Of a stretch of DNA of 37,929 nucleotides, positions 19,052 to 28,062 are shown in pieces (position 1 is the stretch's first letter; every line of letters starts with the position of its first letter). Origin of the DNA: Candidatus Hodarchaeota archaeon (GTDB taxonomy: Archaea > Asgardarchaeota > Heimdallarchaeia > Hodarchaeales > Hodarchaeaceae); assembly GCA_016839785.1 (NCBI GenBank), contig JAEOTQ010000203.1, forward strand, positions 1-37,929, written 5' to 3'. A model generated the notes under the pieces. The model was given only the letters and a program-made list of their open reading frames with translations, ran no database searches and had not been told where the DNA came from. Both the position numbers and the translations under genes were made by a program.

Positions 19052-19391
19052 TCATGTCTCTTTTTGACGTTTTACTTGCTGTTTGAGCTCTGGTATTAAT
19101 CCTCCAGATTCCGACCGTCGTAATAAGAATGATTCTAATGGTTTAAAGGGAATTTCTTCTAAAACACTTTATAGAATCTAATTTTAATGAATCATGAATC
19201 CTACTTGCCTTTAGTTCTTTCATTTTTGGAATTACTACAGCACTTAGCATTTCATTTGTAAGAATTTGATCAGGTGTAAGTTCAAGACGTTCCCCTGCCT
19301 TTAGTGTATGACCTACCTTCTGTGAAAAGAGACCCTCTGTCATTGTAAGGGATTCGTCTTTCACCATTGTTTTTGGTACCAAATTGTTCAT
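19052..19391 (-). pseudogene. collapsed remnant of 3-isopropylmalate dehydratase/homoaconitase large plus small subunit genes (leuC/leuD or hacA/hacB type)
   Basis: 19391-19143 encodes a LeuC-like N-terminus (LTMTEGLFSQKVGHTLKAGERLELTPDQILTNE). A second frame, 19168-19052, encodes a LeuD-like C-terminus (EEIPFKPLESFLLRRSESGGLIPELK). Confidence 0.7.
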
Positions 19392-19401
19392 CCAAAGATC
19401 A

Positions 19402-21156
19402 TTATAGTCCTACATTTGATTTAATTACATCAAGAAGTCTTTGGAGCATTTTTTTTATTTCTTTTGGATAATATGCAGGAGGAGAAATTGTACTATCGAT
19501 TTTTATGAATGCTAAAGGAGTCTTTTGAAAATTATAATTCTTAAATTTAAGGTCGATAAGATGTTTATCCTTACCTGGATCGAAAATTTCAATTATTCTG
19601 AAAGGATCATATATTTTCTTCATCTCAATCAAAAATTGTTGGGTCTTTTTGTCTTTAAGTGAGCCTATTATGACTAATTCAATTGCACTTTCGATCAATC
19701 GTTGATTCGCAATCACGAATTCGGGAGGAAAGGGAGCATCCCTTGAAATACCAAAATTTGAATAATACGATGTGACACAATTCGTCGCTAACTCGCGAAA
19801 TGGACGATCTGTGGGCTTTTCTGTCAAATGAGAAATGGTAACAAGGTTATTAATCATAAAAGCGTTATCTCGAATTGGGAATAAGTTTTTTGTTAAGGGT
19901 CCAAAGTCTGTTTCTGGGATTGATACACGATCTTTAAAAAGATTGTTTTTCCGATCAAAATAGTTCTCTATGATAAGATTTAAGAATCTAATGGCTCTTT
20001 TTCGATAAATAGCTAGTCCTGTAAAGGAATACATCTGAATGAAAAGATTTAAGTAGGCTGCTTGGTCCTGGAGGAGAAATTGTTTGTAGGGCTGTTGTTT
20101 CCCGTCATTTAGTGAATGGGGGATACCATATGGAGTTTCATTTTTTCTTAAATTCTTCAGAACGCTTGATTTGATCTTATTCAGCTCTTTCTTTTGAGTT
20201 GAAAGATCTATTATCCCTTCTACTTCATAAAATAAGCTTATTATTTCACAATTGCCTCTGGTGAGGAATAACTCATTAGAAAGATCATATAGTGGATGTC
20301 TCATTATTCCGTAGTTAAAAAGACCTTTTTTCTTATTCCATAAATCCTTCAAACAAAATGCCAAGGTTTCTCGAATTTTATCAAGATAATAAGGGTCAAG
20401 AGTTAGCTGATAGGAGTGGAAAAGGGTGCGAGCGGCTGACACATTATTGTCTAAAGATTTTTTGAAGGATAATACCGTTTTCCAGTTACGATTTGCGCTT
20501 TCAAAAAATCCCCCATCTTCTTTGTCAAACAAACCACGATAAGTAGCGCGAAGCGTTTGAATAATGATTTTCAGTAGTTCTTCATCTTGAGAACGCTGAT
20601 GAAATAGGAGTAGAAAGTCCAAAGCAGAACTTGGATAGATTTTATGTTTTTGAACAGCCCATCCACCGTACATTGAATCATAAGTGTTTAATAATGTTGA
20701 AAGAGTGATTTCCGAAATTAAATCGATCTTTTCATGAAATCTTTTTGCTTCTTCTTGAATAAGTGGAGAAAAATCTTGCAAAGACAAAACTTCTTGATAG
20801 GGATCTTGAAGTTGAGGATATAACTGTCTGTATTGATGGAGATTATTCAAGAAATACGAAACAGAGAGATTATTGCACGAACCAAGCAGATTCCCATTTA
20901 TTGCTTGGATAGTATGGACAAGAAATTCATCCCCTGCGAATCGTTCGTACAAATCAGGAAATCTATTGATATCGATATGAAGGGGAAAAAAATTAGTAAA
21001 CAAATATTCTTGAACTTCTGAGTCCGAGAGAACTGTTTGTTCAAAGGAATAACAAGCAGGGCAAAGTTTATCTTGAAAGAGAAAAATAATTGGTTTATTC
21101 TCTTTAAAAGATGTCATCCAAGTGTCTTTTGTTGGATGAAAAAGGGTATTCGCCAT
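19402..21156 (-). CDS. YyaL/DUF255 (SPATA20-like) protein: thioredoxin-like domain plus alpha/alpha-barrel
   Basis: 'KPIIF....LCPACYSFEQTVLSDSEV..YL..NF.P.HIDIN.FPDL', 'YDSMYGGW...K.YP', 'GLFDKEDGGFF', 'KSLDNN', 'LQDQA'. Confidence 0.8.
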   Translation of the reverse strand: MANTLFHPTKDTWMTSFKENKPIIFLFQDKLCPACYSFEQTVLSDSEVQEYLFTNFFPLHIDINRFPDLYERFAGDEFLVHTIQAINGNLLGSCNNLSVSYFLNNLHQYRQLYPQLQDPYQEVLSLQDFSPLIQEEAKRFHEKIDLISEITLSTLLNTYDSMYGGWAVQKHKIYPSSALDFLLLFHQRSQDEELLKIIIQTLRATYRGLFDKEDGGFFESANRNWKTVLSFKKSLDNNVSAARTLFHSYQLTLDPYYLDKIRETLAFCLKDLWNKKKGLFNYGIMRHPLYDLSNELFLTRGNCEIISLFYEVEGIIDLSTQKKELNKIKSSVLKNLRKNETPYGIPHSLNDGKQQPYKQFLLQDQAAYLNLFIQMYSFTGLAIYRKRAIRFLNLIIENYFDRKNNLFKDRVSIPETDFGPLTKNLFPIRDNAFMINNLVTISHLTEKPTDRPFRELATNCVTSYYSNFGISRDAPFPPEFVIANQRLIESAIELVIIGSLKDKKTQQFLIEMKKIYDPFRIIEIFDPGKDKHLIDLKFKNYNFQKTPLAFIKIDSTISPPAYYPKEIKKMLQRLLDVIKSNVGL

Positions 21157-21158
21157 GT

Positions 21159-21269
21159 TTATTCACTCTTTTGCTGGTAGATCAGAACTGAAAAGGATTT
21201 CTTTGCCTGCAGTTGTTGTTGCTGTTGACGATTGAACATATAACTTTCGATTTCGGGGTTAAGAAACAA
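21159..21269 (-). CDS. possible small Gln-rich protein / upstream ORF
   Basis: GAGGG, then TTG at 21269 (or ATG at 21239): MFLNPEIESYMFNRQQQQQLQAKKSFSVLIYQQKSE. The stop lies 2 nt before the next ATG. Confidence 0.3.
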   Translation of the reverse strand: MFLNPEIESYMFNRQQQQQLQAKKSFSVLIYQQKSE

Positions 21270-21312
21270 ACCAATTAATCCCTCTCAAAAAATTTTGGAT
21301 CCACATAGTCCT

Positions 21313-22740
21313 CTAGTTTTCCGAGAATGCATTCTTTTTAAATTCTTCCAAAGAAACGACCTTTTTCTTTAAACGAGATTCTTCGGATGCGAAGGCTAAG
21401 ATGTGACTCTCGAGTGAAGCTTTTGCACTCGTTAGAAGATCACCATTGGTATTATCCCTAATGGAGTCAATAAATGAACGCATTAACCGAAAATCACCTC
21501 CTCCATGCCCAGATTGAGTGTCGACACCAATACTTTGATCAAGTACAATAGTTTCAGAACCCTCAAAGTGATCATATAAGGTTAACTTCGGACCAGAATC
21601 AAGAAACTCTCCAATAATTGTCCCTGTTGTCCCATCAACACGGATGGTTCTTCCTTCTTCATAAGAAAATCCATGCATTGTAAAAGTAGCCGTAACCTTG
21701 TTCTCGAATTCAATGTTTACTACCTGATGATCTACAACGTCATTCTCTGAAAAATAAACACATTTTCCGTAATCAGTTGTTTCTAAAGCCTTCCATTTCC
21801 CACTGATGGACAAATCATCCGTGATTACACTGACAGGCCAACCATCATAATTCTCAATACGACGGAAAGATGGAATATATCGTTTCAGAAAATTGAAAAT
21901 TCTTGGACGGTGTAATGCTAAATTGGCAAGAATTCTGACTTCTCTTGATGTACTTTTTATTGCGATGCGAAGAAGGGGAATTATATCAATGTAGATACGT
22001 GGTGCGTAATACTTACAAGAAGTAGTCGCCAAACAACCATCGAGACAACGAGTAGTTGCCCCAACCGGAGCATTCCCAGGATGAAAATGCAATAAACTAC
22101 CAAATGAACTGATAAATTTGGCAGGAACTCCTACTAACCAATAAAGAAGATCCAAATCATGGCAAGATTTCGCTAAAATCATAGGACTGGATTTTTTTAA
22201 GTTATTCCAGTTTCCTCGTACAAAACTATGAGCATAGTGATAATAACTTATATTTTCTCTAAGATCGATTGTCATTATCTCTCCAATCCTCCCATTTGTG
22301 ATCAACGACTTCAAAGTTTGGAAAAATTCTGTGTACCGTAAAACATGTGCTATCCGAAGTTGACTGCCCGTTTCATTAGCTTTCTTCACGAGTTGGACAC
22401 ATTCTTTGAGATTTGGCGCCATAGGTTTTTCTAATAACACCTGATATCCCATCTCCATCGCTTGTAGTGAAGGTTGAGTATGGAGTCGGTCTTGTGTGGT
22501 AATTATTGCTACATCGGCAATTTTAGGCTCTGCCAATAGGGTTTCCCACGATTCATATATTCTGTCTGCCTGTAGATTGTGTTGAGAAGCGAATTCACGC
22601 CTTCTTATCTCATTTGGTTCAGCTACTGCTATTATCTTGATTTTATCAGGGTAAATTTGGGCATACTGTCCATAGACGTCTTTACCACGATTTCCTGCAC
22701 CAATAATTACCGCGGTAACTGTTTTTGGCGTTTTCATCAT
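21313..22740 (-). CDS. Gfo/Idh/MocA family oxidoreductase
   Basis: 'IIGAGNRG', 'TTQDRLH', 'LLEKPMA', 'HVLRY', 'HSFVRGNW', 'LAKSCHDLD', 'GHGGGD'. The ORF track starts at GTG 22761. Confidence 0.93.
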   Translation of the reverse strand: MMKTPKTVTAVIIGAGNRGKDVYGQYAQIYPDKIKIIAVAEPNEIRRREFASQHNLQADRIYESWETLLAEPKIADVAIITTQDRLHTQPSLQAMEMGYQVLLEKPMAPNLKECVQLVKKANETGSQLRIAHVLRYTEFFQTLKSLITNGRIGEIMTIDLRENISYYHYAHSFVRGNWNNLKKSSPMILAKSCHDLDLLYWLVGVPAKFISSFGSLLHFHPGNAPVGATTRCLDGCLATTSCKYYAPRIYIDIIPLLRIAIKSTSREVRILANLALHRPRIFNFLKRYIPSFRRIENYDGWPVSVITDDLSISGKWKALETTDYGKCVYFSENDVVDHQVVNIEFENKVTATFTMHGFSYEEGRTIRVDGTTGTIIGEFLDSGPKLTLYDHFEGSETIVLDQSIGVDTQSGHGGGDFRLMRSFIDSIRDNTNGDLLTSAKASLESHILAFASEESRLKKKVVSLEEFKKNAFSEN

Positions 22741-22833
22741 ATATATTCGCTCTATTTTCACATTGTCAGTGTTTCAATATTGAAAATGAGCAGTACAAAA
22801 AACATTTGAATCTCTGAATAGTGAGGAATTTTT

Positions 22834-23541
22834 ATGGATGAGTTTACTCCTGAAAATGATATTAACAAGGTTTTGAAAGCGTTAAATCATGAGATCAGAC
22901 GAAAGATCATTCGGACATTGTACAGAAAACAAGAACCTATTGCCTATTCAGAATTTTTAGAGGAACTAAATGTTCCTGCCTCAAGTAATGCTGCGTATCA
23001 TTTGCTTCTATTAACTAAATTCGGTATTCTGCAGAAGGGTTCTAGTGGGTATGAACTCACAGAAATAGGAGAAAGAGTGGCTCTTCTTCTTGACATCGTA
23101 GTCGAACCCAAGTCTAGTGCCTTCACCAATCTCTATATGGGCTTTTCGAGATTATCACCCTTAGAGATATTGCTGGGTTCATGGTGGATCTTTTTTCTTC
23201 TTCTTGGCGTTACGGCAATTATTCAGAATTTTTTAATCGGTGTGATTTCCTTATCGTTTTCTTTACTGAGCGTAGGAGTATTAATCTATAAAACACGGAC
23301 TCCTTGGGCTATCCTATTGATAAACAACTTTTTATGGATATTATTTGCGCCAGAATATCGAAGCTACTTGTTCTTAATCACATTTTCCAATCTCTTGGCA
23401 TTATTCCTATTACTTCCTGAATTAGGTATAATTCAGAGTATTACATTTCCCCTAGTTGCCATAGGGCTTTTGTTGCTAGTTGTGAGTATTAGTTTATCGT
23501 CGATGTACATATATAAGACTAAAAAGGATATGGTGATTTAA
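22834..23541 (+). CDS. ArsR-like winged-HTH regulator fused to a C-terminal multi-TM membrane domain
   Basis: 'VLKALNHEIRRKII..L', 'SSNAAYHL..L...G', 'YELTEIGE', followed by about 5 hydrophobic segments. Confidence 0.8.
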   Translation: MDEFTPENDINKVLKALNHEIRRKIIRTLYRKQEPIAYSEFLEELNVPASSNAAYHLLLLTKFGILQKGSSGYELTEIGERVALLLDIVVEPKSSAFTNLYMGFSRLSPLEILLGSWWIFFLLLGVTAIIQNFLIGVISLSFSLLSVGVLIYKTRTPWAILLINNFLWILFAPEYRSYLFLITFSNLLALFLLLPELGIIQSITFPLVAIGLLLLVVSISLSSMYIYKTKKDMVI

Positions 23542-23572
23542 TCTCCTACCACATTTAGAAAAAAGAAGAAAT

Positions 23573-24331
23573 TCATAGATCTCGATGATCCATGGAGATT
23601 AAAGTAGCAATGAATGGAAGTACAACCCAGAGACACAAACCGAAAAATTTTCCTAGAATCTCGAATGTCCACTTAAAATTGATATCAATCAGTATTTCTG
23701 CCCAGAAATTAGACAATGCAAAAGGAGATAGAAATTCTATTGGTTGAAATATCGATATTGTGAGTTGTAGAATGAGGACTGTAATTGTAGTCAATCCTGC
23801 ATTTAAACCAGTCATTTGTGAACTAAAAAACGTTGTTAAAAAACCCATGTACAGAAACAAAAGCACAATCGGAAGCATAGCGCCAAATAATGTCACAAGG
23901 GGCATTGGATCAAACATTAAGTTAACATATACCCAGCCAACGATTGATCCAAGAATGAAAGGTAGCGTTAATGCCAGTATTCGAGCTATGATTCTTGACG
24001 CTGTATAAGATTTACGACTTATCGGGCGAGAAAGGGAAAAACTAATTGCTCCAGACTCAATTTCAGAAGCAAGAACACCCATTGATCCTAAAGTCATTAT
24101 TAATAGACCAAATAATACTTGATCCCCGAAAAAATCCTGGAAGGCGAGAGCCGCAGAAGGTTCAAACAAAGATGGAAAGTTTTCGATACCAAACAAACTC
24201 ATAATTTCGTCCATATAAAACGTTCCTATGATTGCAGTGAAGCTTAAAAGCGTTACAAGAACAGTAAGTAACAAAAATTTTAGTTTCTCATCAATTATGT
24301 CGTTTTTGAACTGAATTAATACAGTATTCAT
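23573..24331 (-). CDS. ABC-2 type permease (YxlG-like)
   Basis: 6 TM; 'GVLASEIESGAISFSLSRPISRKSY'. ATGA overlap with the ATPase. Confidence 0.88.
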   Translation of the reverse strand: MNTVLIQFKNDIIDEKLKFLLLTVLVTLLSFTAIIGTFYMDEIMSLFGIENFPSLFEPSAALAFQDFFGDQVLFGLLIMTLGSMGVLASEIESGAISFSLSRPISRKSYTASRIIARILALTLPFILGSIVGWVYVNLMFDPMPLVTLFGAMLPIVLLFLYMGFLTTFFSSQMTGLNAGLTTITVLILQLTISIFQPIEFLSPFALSNFWAEILIDINFKWTFEILGKFFGLCLWVVLPFIATLISMDHRDL

Positions 24332-25263
24332 GCAGAATCCTCCTCAGAAATTAGATTTTTTATTTTTTCCAAGAAGTGTTCCTCCAGACTTACTTCTGCC
24401 GAAGAGAAATATTGTATCTGCGCTTCCACCTTCTGTATTAGATCAAGAAGGAGACGATCAGTTGAAAGGTGTTCATCCGTGACTTGGATGACATATCGAT
24501 TCAGATGATCAATATCGCAGGATACTATGTAGTCAAGAGATTTGACTCTGGAAATATCCATCTTTCCTCCTACAATAAACTTGCTTTGACCTAGGATCTC
24601 CTTTGTTATCGATTCTCGTTTTCCTTGTTCTAAGATTTTTCCTTGATGAATAATGGCAAGATCAGTAGCAATCTTGTCCACCTCTCCTATTATATGACTG
24701 GAGAGTAAGATGGTTTTACCATCTGTAACCAAGTCTTTTAAGATCTGAAGTATCTTCACTCGACCTAAGGGGTCTAAACCAGCATTCGGTTCATCTAGGA
24801 TCAGAAGTGGTGGATCAGCCAATAAAGCATTTGCTAAACCAACTCTTTGCTTTTGGCCTTTCGAGAGTGAACCTATCTTTCTAAGTCTCAGATTGAAAAG
24901 GCCAACTTTTTGCATGACCGAACGTATAGTATTCTCCAAATCAGAAATACTGTGCATGTGAGCGGATACACGTAAGAATCGCTCAATTTTATAATTCCTA
25001 GGTAGAGTCGCATCAGGAAGGAAACCAAATAATCGTTTCTGAGATGCAGGAGCTGTTTTTACTTCTTCTCCGAAGATTCTGACAGAACCTTGGTTGTAAT
25101 GCAATAATCCAGCAAGGACTTTCATTGTTGTTGTCTTTCCTGCACCATTAGGGCCAAGATATCCAAAGATCGAAGTAGATGGAATGGTTAAGCTGATATT
25201 GTCCAAGGCCCTAATTTTGCCATAATTTTTTGATAAATTCGCTATCTCAACAGCTGCTTCCAT
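24328..25263 (-). CDS. ABC transporter ATP-binding protein (YxlF-like)
   Basis: GPNGAGKTT, LSKGQKQR, LILDEPNAGLDP, LSSH. ATG at 25263 follows GGAGG; the ORF track starts at 25278. Confidence 0.95.
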   Translation of the reverse strand: MEAAVEIANLSKNYGKIRALDNISLTIPSTSIFGYLGPNGAGKTTTMKVLAGLLHYNQGSVRIFGEEVKTAPASQKRLFGFLPDATLPRNYKIERFLRVSAHMHSISDLENTIRSVMQKVGLFNLRLRKIGSLSKGQKQRVGLANALLADPPLLILDEPNAGLDPLGRVKILQILKDLVTDGKTILLSSHIIGEVDKIATDLAIIHQGKILEQGKRESITKEILGQSKFIVGGKMDISRVKSLDYIVSCDIDHLNRYVIQVTDEHLSTDRLLLDLIQKVEAQIQYFSSAEVSLEEHFLEKIKNLISEEDSA

Positions 25264-25265
25264 GA

Positions 25266-25514
25266 TTAAGCCTCCCACTCATCTATTCCTTCAGAAGACT
25301 CGATTAGTGTATTGTAACTGTAGTAAAGCCAAATTATTGGCCCAAATAGATTAACAAAGAGTATTATTAAAAGCCAAAGTAGTTTATTTTGGCCTAAAAG
25401 GCCTCTTTTCTTGTACCAGTTTCTTAAGGCGATTAACATTATCGTAAACTGTAGAATTGCTAGAGGAATAATCAACCAGAGTAGTTCTTGAATTTCTGTC
25501 CATACATCAGCCAT
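25266..25514 (-). CDS. PLDc N-terminal domain small membrane protein (YxlE-like)
   Basis: 'LIIPLAILQF.IM.IAL......R......K.LW.LIILFVNLFGPIIWL' matches the PLDc_N pattern. Confidence 0.82.
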   Translation of the reverse strand: MADVWTEIQELLWLIIPLAILQFTIMLIALRNWYKKRGLLGQNKLLWLLIILFVNLFGPIIWLYYSYNTLIESSEGIDEWEA

Positions 25515-25563
25515 TTTTGTCACAAATTCTATATTAAATCGATAGTAAAGATATTAAAATCTG

Positions 25564-25692
25564 TGTAAAGTAGCTTTAAAATGAATATATAAGGCTATTT
25601 GTGTAAACATTAAGTTTCTACTCTCTAATTGTTGTAAATAATTTTTTACTTAATGTAAAAATCATTTTACAGCTACTCAAAAGTTTTTTACA
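25564..25692. promoter_or_regulatory. array of GTAAA-N6-TTTAC palindromes and half sites
   Basis: Full sites at 25634-25649 and 25655-25670. A third TTTAC half-site at 25687 keeps the 21-bp period. Extra TGTAAA at 25564 and 25602. Confidence 0.5.
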
Positions 25693-25771
25693 AATATCTT
25701 GAAGAAGATAGTATAGCAGAATTTCCACATTAATTAAGAGTAGCCCGACTTAGCGTGAGTTCTGCACTTCA

Positions 25772-26158
25772 TTGGCTGGCAATCCCTCAACCGAGAGTAT
25801 TAAGGATGAATTCCAATACATATTCATATTTCTAGTTAAAGCTTCAGTAGTAATCGGGAGAATTGGTATCATTGGTGGGTTTTATTTATGTTCAACGTCT
25901 AGCAAATCATCTTGCCTTTTTAAAGAGGGTTTGGTGATTTTTGGGACAGCTTATACACTAGTTGGAATTTTACGATTTTTAGTCCATTCATCGTAGTCAT
26001 CTGGATTTGATGCAATATGGACCCCGCAAATGCAGGGAGAAATTCATCGTGATGAAAGAAAAAGACAGATATTTGGATGGAAAGGGGTAATAACTGGAGT
26101 AATTATGATTGTAATTGGAGTTTCTACTTTAATGTTGTATCTTAGACTGTTTGTATGA
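25772..26158 (+). pseudogene. small membrane protein gene interrupted by an in-frame TAG
   Basis: The 74-aa ORF ending at TAG 25994-25996 continues in frame for 53 sense codons (SSGFDAIWTPQMQGEIHRDERKRQIFGWKGVITGVIMIVIGVSTLMLYLRLFV), including a clean TM helix. Confidence 0.55.
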
Positions 26159-26181
26159 AAATATTTGAGAAGGAACGAAAA

Positions 26182-26652
26182 TTAGGTGCCTACATGATTT
26201 GTTAGTGTCAAACAGTGTTGAGAGTTAATTATCACTTCATAAGTGATCAGTGATTTAATGGAATTACTGACAACGCAAAGCTTCGGAACTTTCTCACAGG
26301 CCTTCTCAAGAAGAAATTTGTCACCAGTGACTACAAGTCGGCATTTAATATTTTCAAACTCATAACTACTTGCTTCAATTAAACGAAGATCACCAGAAAC
26401 ACTTACTTCTAATGTGTTAGGAGTAATTCGCAATGAATCACAAATATGCAACAAAGTGGTTAATGTACAAGTTGCTATTGCGGATAAGAAAAGATCTTCA
26501 GGAGAAGGAGTTTCAATTCCACCTAATTCAGGTGGACAGCTAAAGAGTATGGGTTTAGTATAATCTGTTGTGAGAAATGAACCTTCTTTGTCCTTATCCC
26601 AAGTAGCTGTAGTGATAAAATGCATTTTCTCTACAAGTTTCTTGATACGCAT
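26182..26652 (-). CDS. OsmC/Ohr family protein
   Basis: 'PPELGG...PSPEDLFLSAIATC', second Cys in 'KLCVVSNSIK'. Confidence 0.9.
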   Translation of the reverse strand: MRIKKLVEKMHFITTATWDKDKEGSFLTTDYTKPILFSCPPELGGIETPSPEDLFLSAIATCTLTTLLHICDSLRITPNTLEVSVSGDLRLIEASSYEFENIKCRLVVTGDKFLLEKACEKVPKLCVVSNSIKSLITYEVIINSQHCLTLTNHVGT

Positions 26653-26710
26653 GATGTTTGTTGTGAAAAAAGAGAGTATAATAAGCTGGTGGAAATACTA
26701 AATAGAACCT

Positions 26711-27985
26711 TCACCGACTATTCTTTTCTTTTGAAACTAGTGGAATCAGTACTAAAATTGGTAATGTGCCAATAACATAAATTATTCCCGTGATCAAAAA
26801 GCATAGTTGAAAGTTATCATCAGATCCTATTAGAAATCCTCCAATAGCTGCCGAAACATTCCAGAAAAGCCCCCAAGCCAACGCCTGAAGAGCATTAATC
26901 GCACCTCTATGGTTTTTTGGGACAACATCCATAAGAATACTACGACTAAGAGGTTGGGAGGCATTCATCAATGACCCACGAGTAAAAAATACAGGAATCA
27001 ACAGAAGAAGAGGAGGATAGGTGGTTATAATGAACAAACAAAGTGTGGCAATTCCTTGGACAATAAAAATCATTGTCGCTCTGCCTCTACGTAATGATAA
27101 GCGTTGAGTATAGATACTGGTAATACCTGTCAAGATCCCTGTTCCTCCCATAATTAATTGAACCCCAATGGGTTCTAGGAAATAGATGTTCCTAAAAAAG
27201 ATAGGAAAGAATTTGATGGTCATCCCAGCTCCAAAACCTATGAGTAGATTTGATAGAAGTAGCACGCTAATAATGATATACCTTCTATCAATATGATTAT
27301 TGCTAGTATTCATATTTTCTGCTTGGTTTTCATCAATAATTTCAATTCGATCACTTTCCGAACCCAGACTCTTTCGGTCATCAAATAAGATCATGAATAC
27401 TAAAGAGAGCATTGAGAGAAAAATTCCGATAATCATCACAGATTTTAAGACTGGTAAACTCCAATTATCACCGAAAAAGAGGAATAAGAGAACATTCACG
27501 AGCGGGCCAATTGACATACCCAGTTGCCGGACTAAATGCACCTGAGCATAGACTTCAGACCTGGTTCCTGATTCTACACTGTCAGCAAATATCGATTCAA
27601 CGGATGGACGATTTAATCCCTGAAACAATCCCCAAAAGAGAAGTGCAAGAAACATTAGTTCTAAGGAAGTGGCAAATATTGCGAAACTCAATCCTACAAA
27701 CCCAGCAATGGCGGCTATCCGTAACATGTAGCGATGTTGAGTCTTATCAGATAAATATCCTGCAGGAAGCACAGTAATTGTCATTGCAAGCCCAGAAATG
27801 GCTGAAGTAATTCCTAAAAGTTCATTAGACTCATTTGCAATCAAATAAATCCAGACTGAGAGTACATTTCCCATCCAGATTCCCCTTCCCAGACTTTGGA
27901 AAAAACTGTATGCGAAGACAAGCTTAACATTCGTGTTCATGGCTTGCCAAGAAGTACGGAGGGAGTTTAGACTCAGTATCGTCAT
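26711..27985 (-). CDS. MFS transporter
   Basis: 12 TM; 'PAGYLSDK', 'SIFADSVESG.R', 'SILMDVVPKNHRG'. Confidence 0.9.
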   Translation of the reverse strand: MTILSLNSLRTSWQAMNTNVKLVFAYSFFQSLGRGIWMGNVLSVWIYLIANESNELLGITSAISGLAMTITVLPAGYLSDKTQHRYMLRIAAIAGFVGLSFAIFATSLELMFLALLFWGLFQGLNRPSVESIFADSVESGTRSEVYAQVHLVRQLGMSIGPLVNVLLFLFFGDNWSLPVLKSVMIIGIFLSMLSLVFMILFDDRKSLGSESDRIEIIDENQAENMNTSNNHIDRRYIIISVLLLSNLLIGFGAGMTIKFFPIFFRNIYFLEPIGVQLIMGGTGILTGITSIYTQRLSLRRGRATMIFIVQGIATLCLFIITTYPPLLLLIPVFFTRGSLMNASQPLSRSILMDVVPKNHRGAINALQALAWGLFWNVSAAIGGFLIGSDDNFQLCFLITGIIYVIGTLPILVLIPLVSKEKNSR

Positions 27986-28062
27986 TATAAAGTCAAAGGA
28001 AGCAAAAATAGTTCCATCTTAATGTTATTTCTATCATCGGACTACAAACTTAGCTAAGCAAG

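Noticed and set aside
18608-19055. Minus-strand ORFs 18608-18877 and 18846-19055
   Set aside because: Antisense to the clear CDGSH gene, with no recognisable motifs.
25564-25692. Repeats as a possible mini-CRISPR or replication-origin boxes
   Set aside because: Units are short, degenerate palindromes without unique spacers; no cas or orc1/cdc6 gene in the window.
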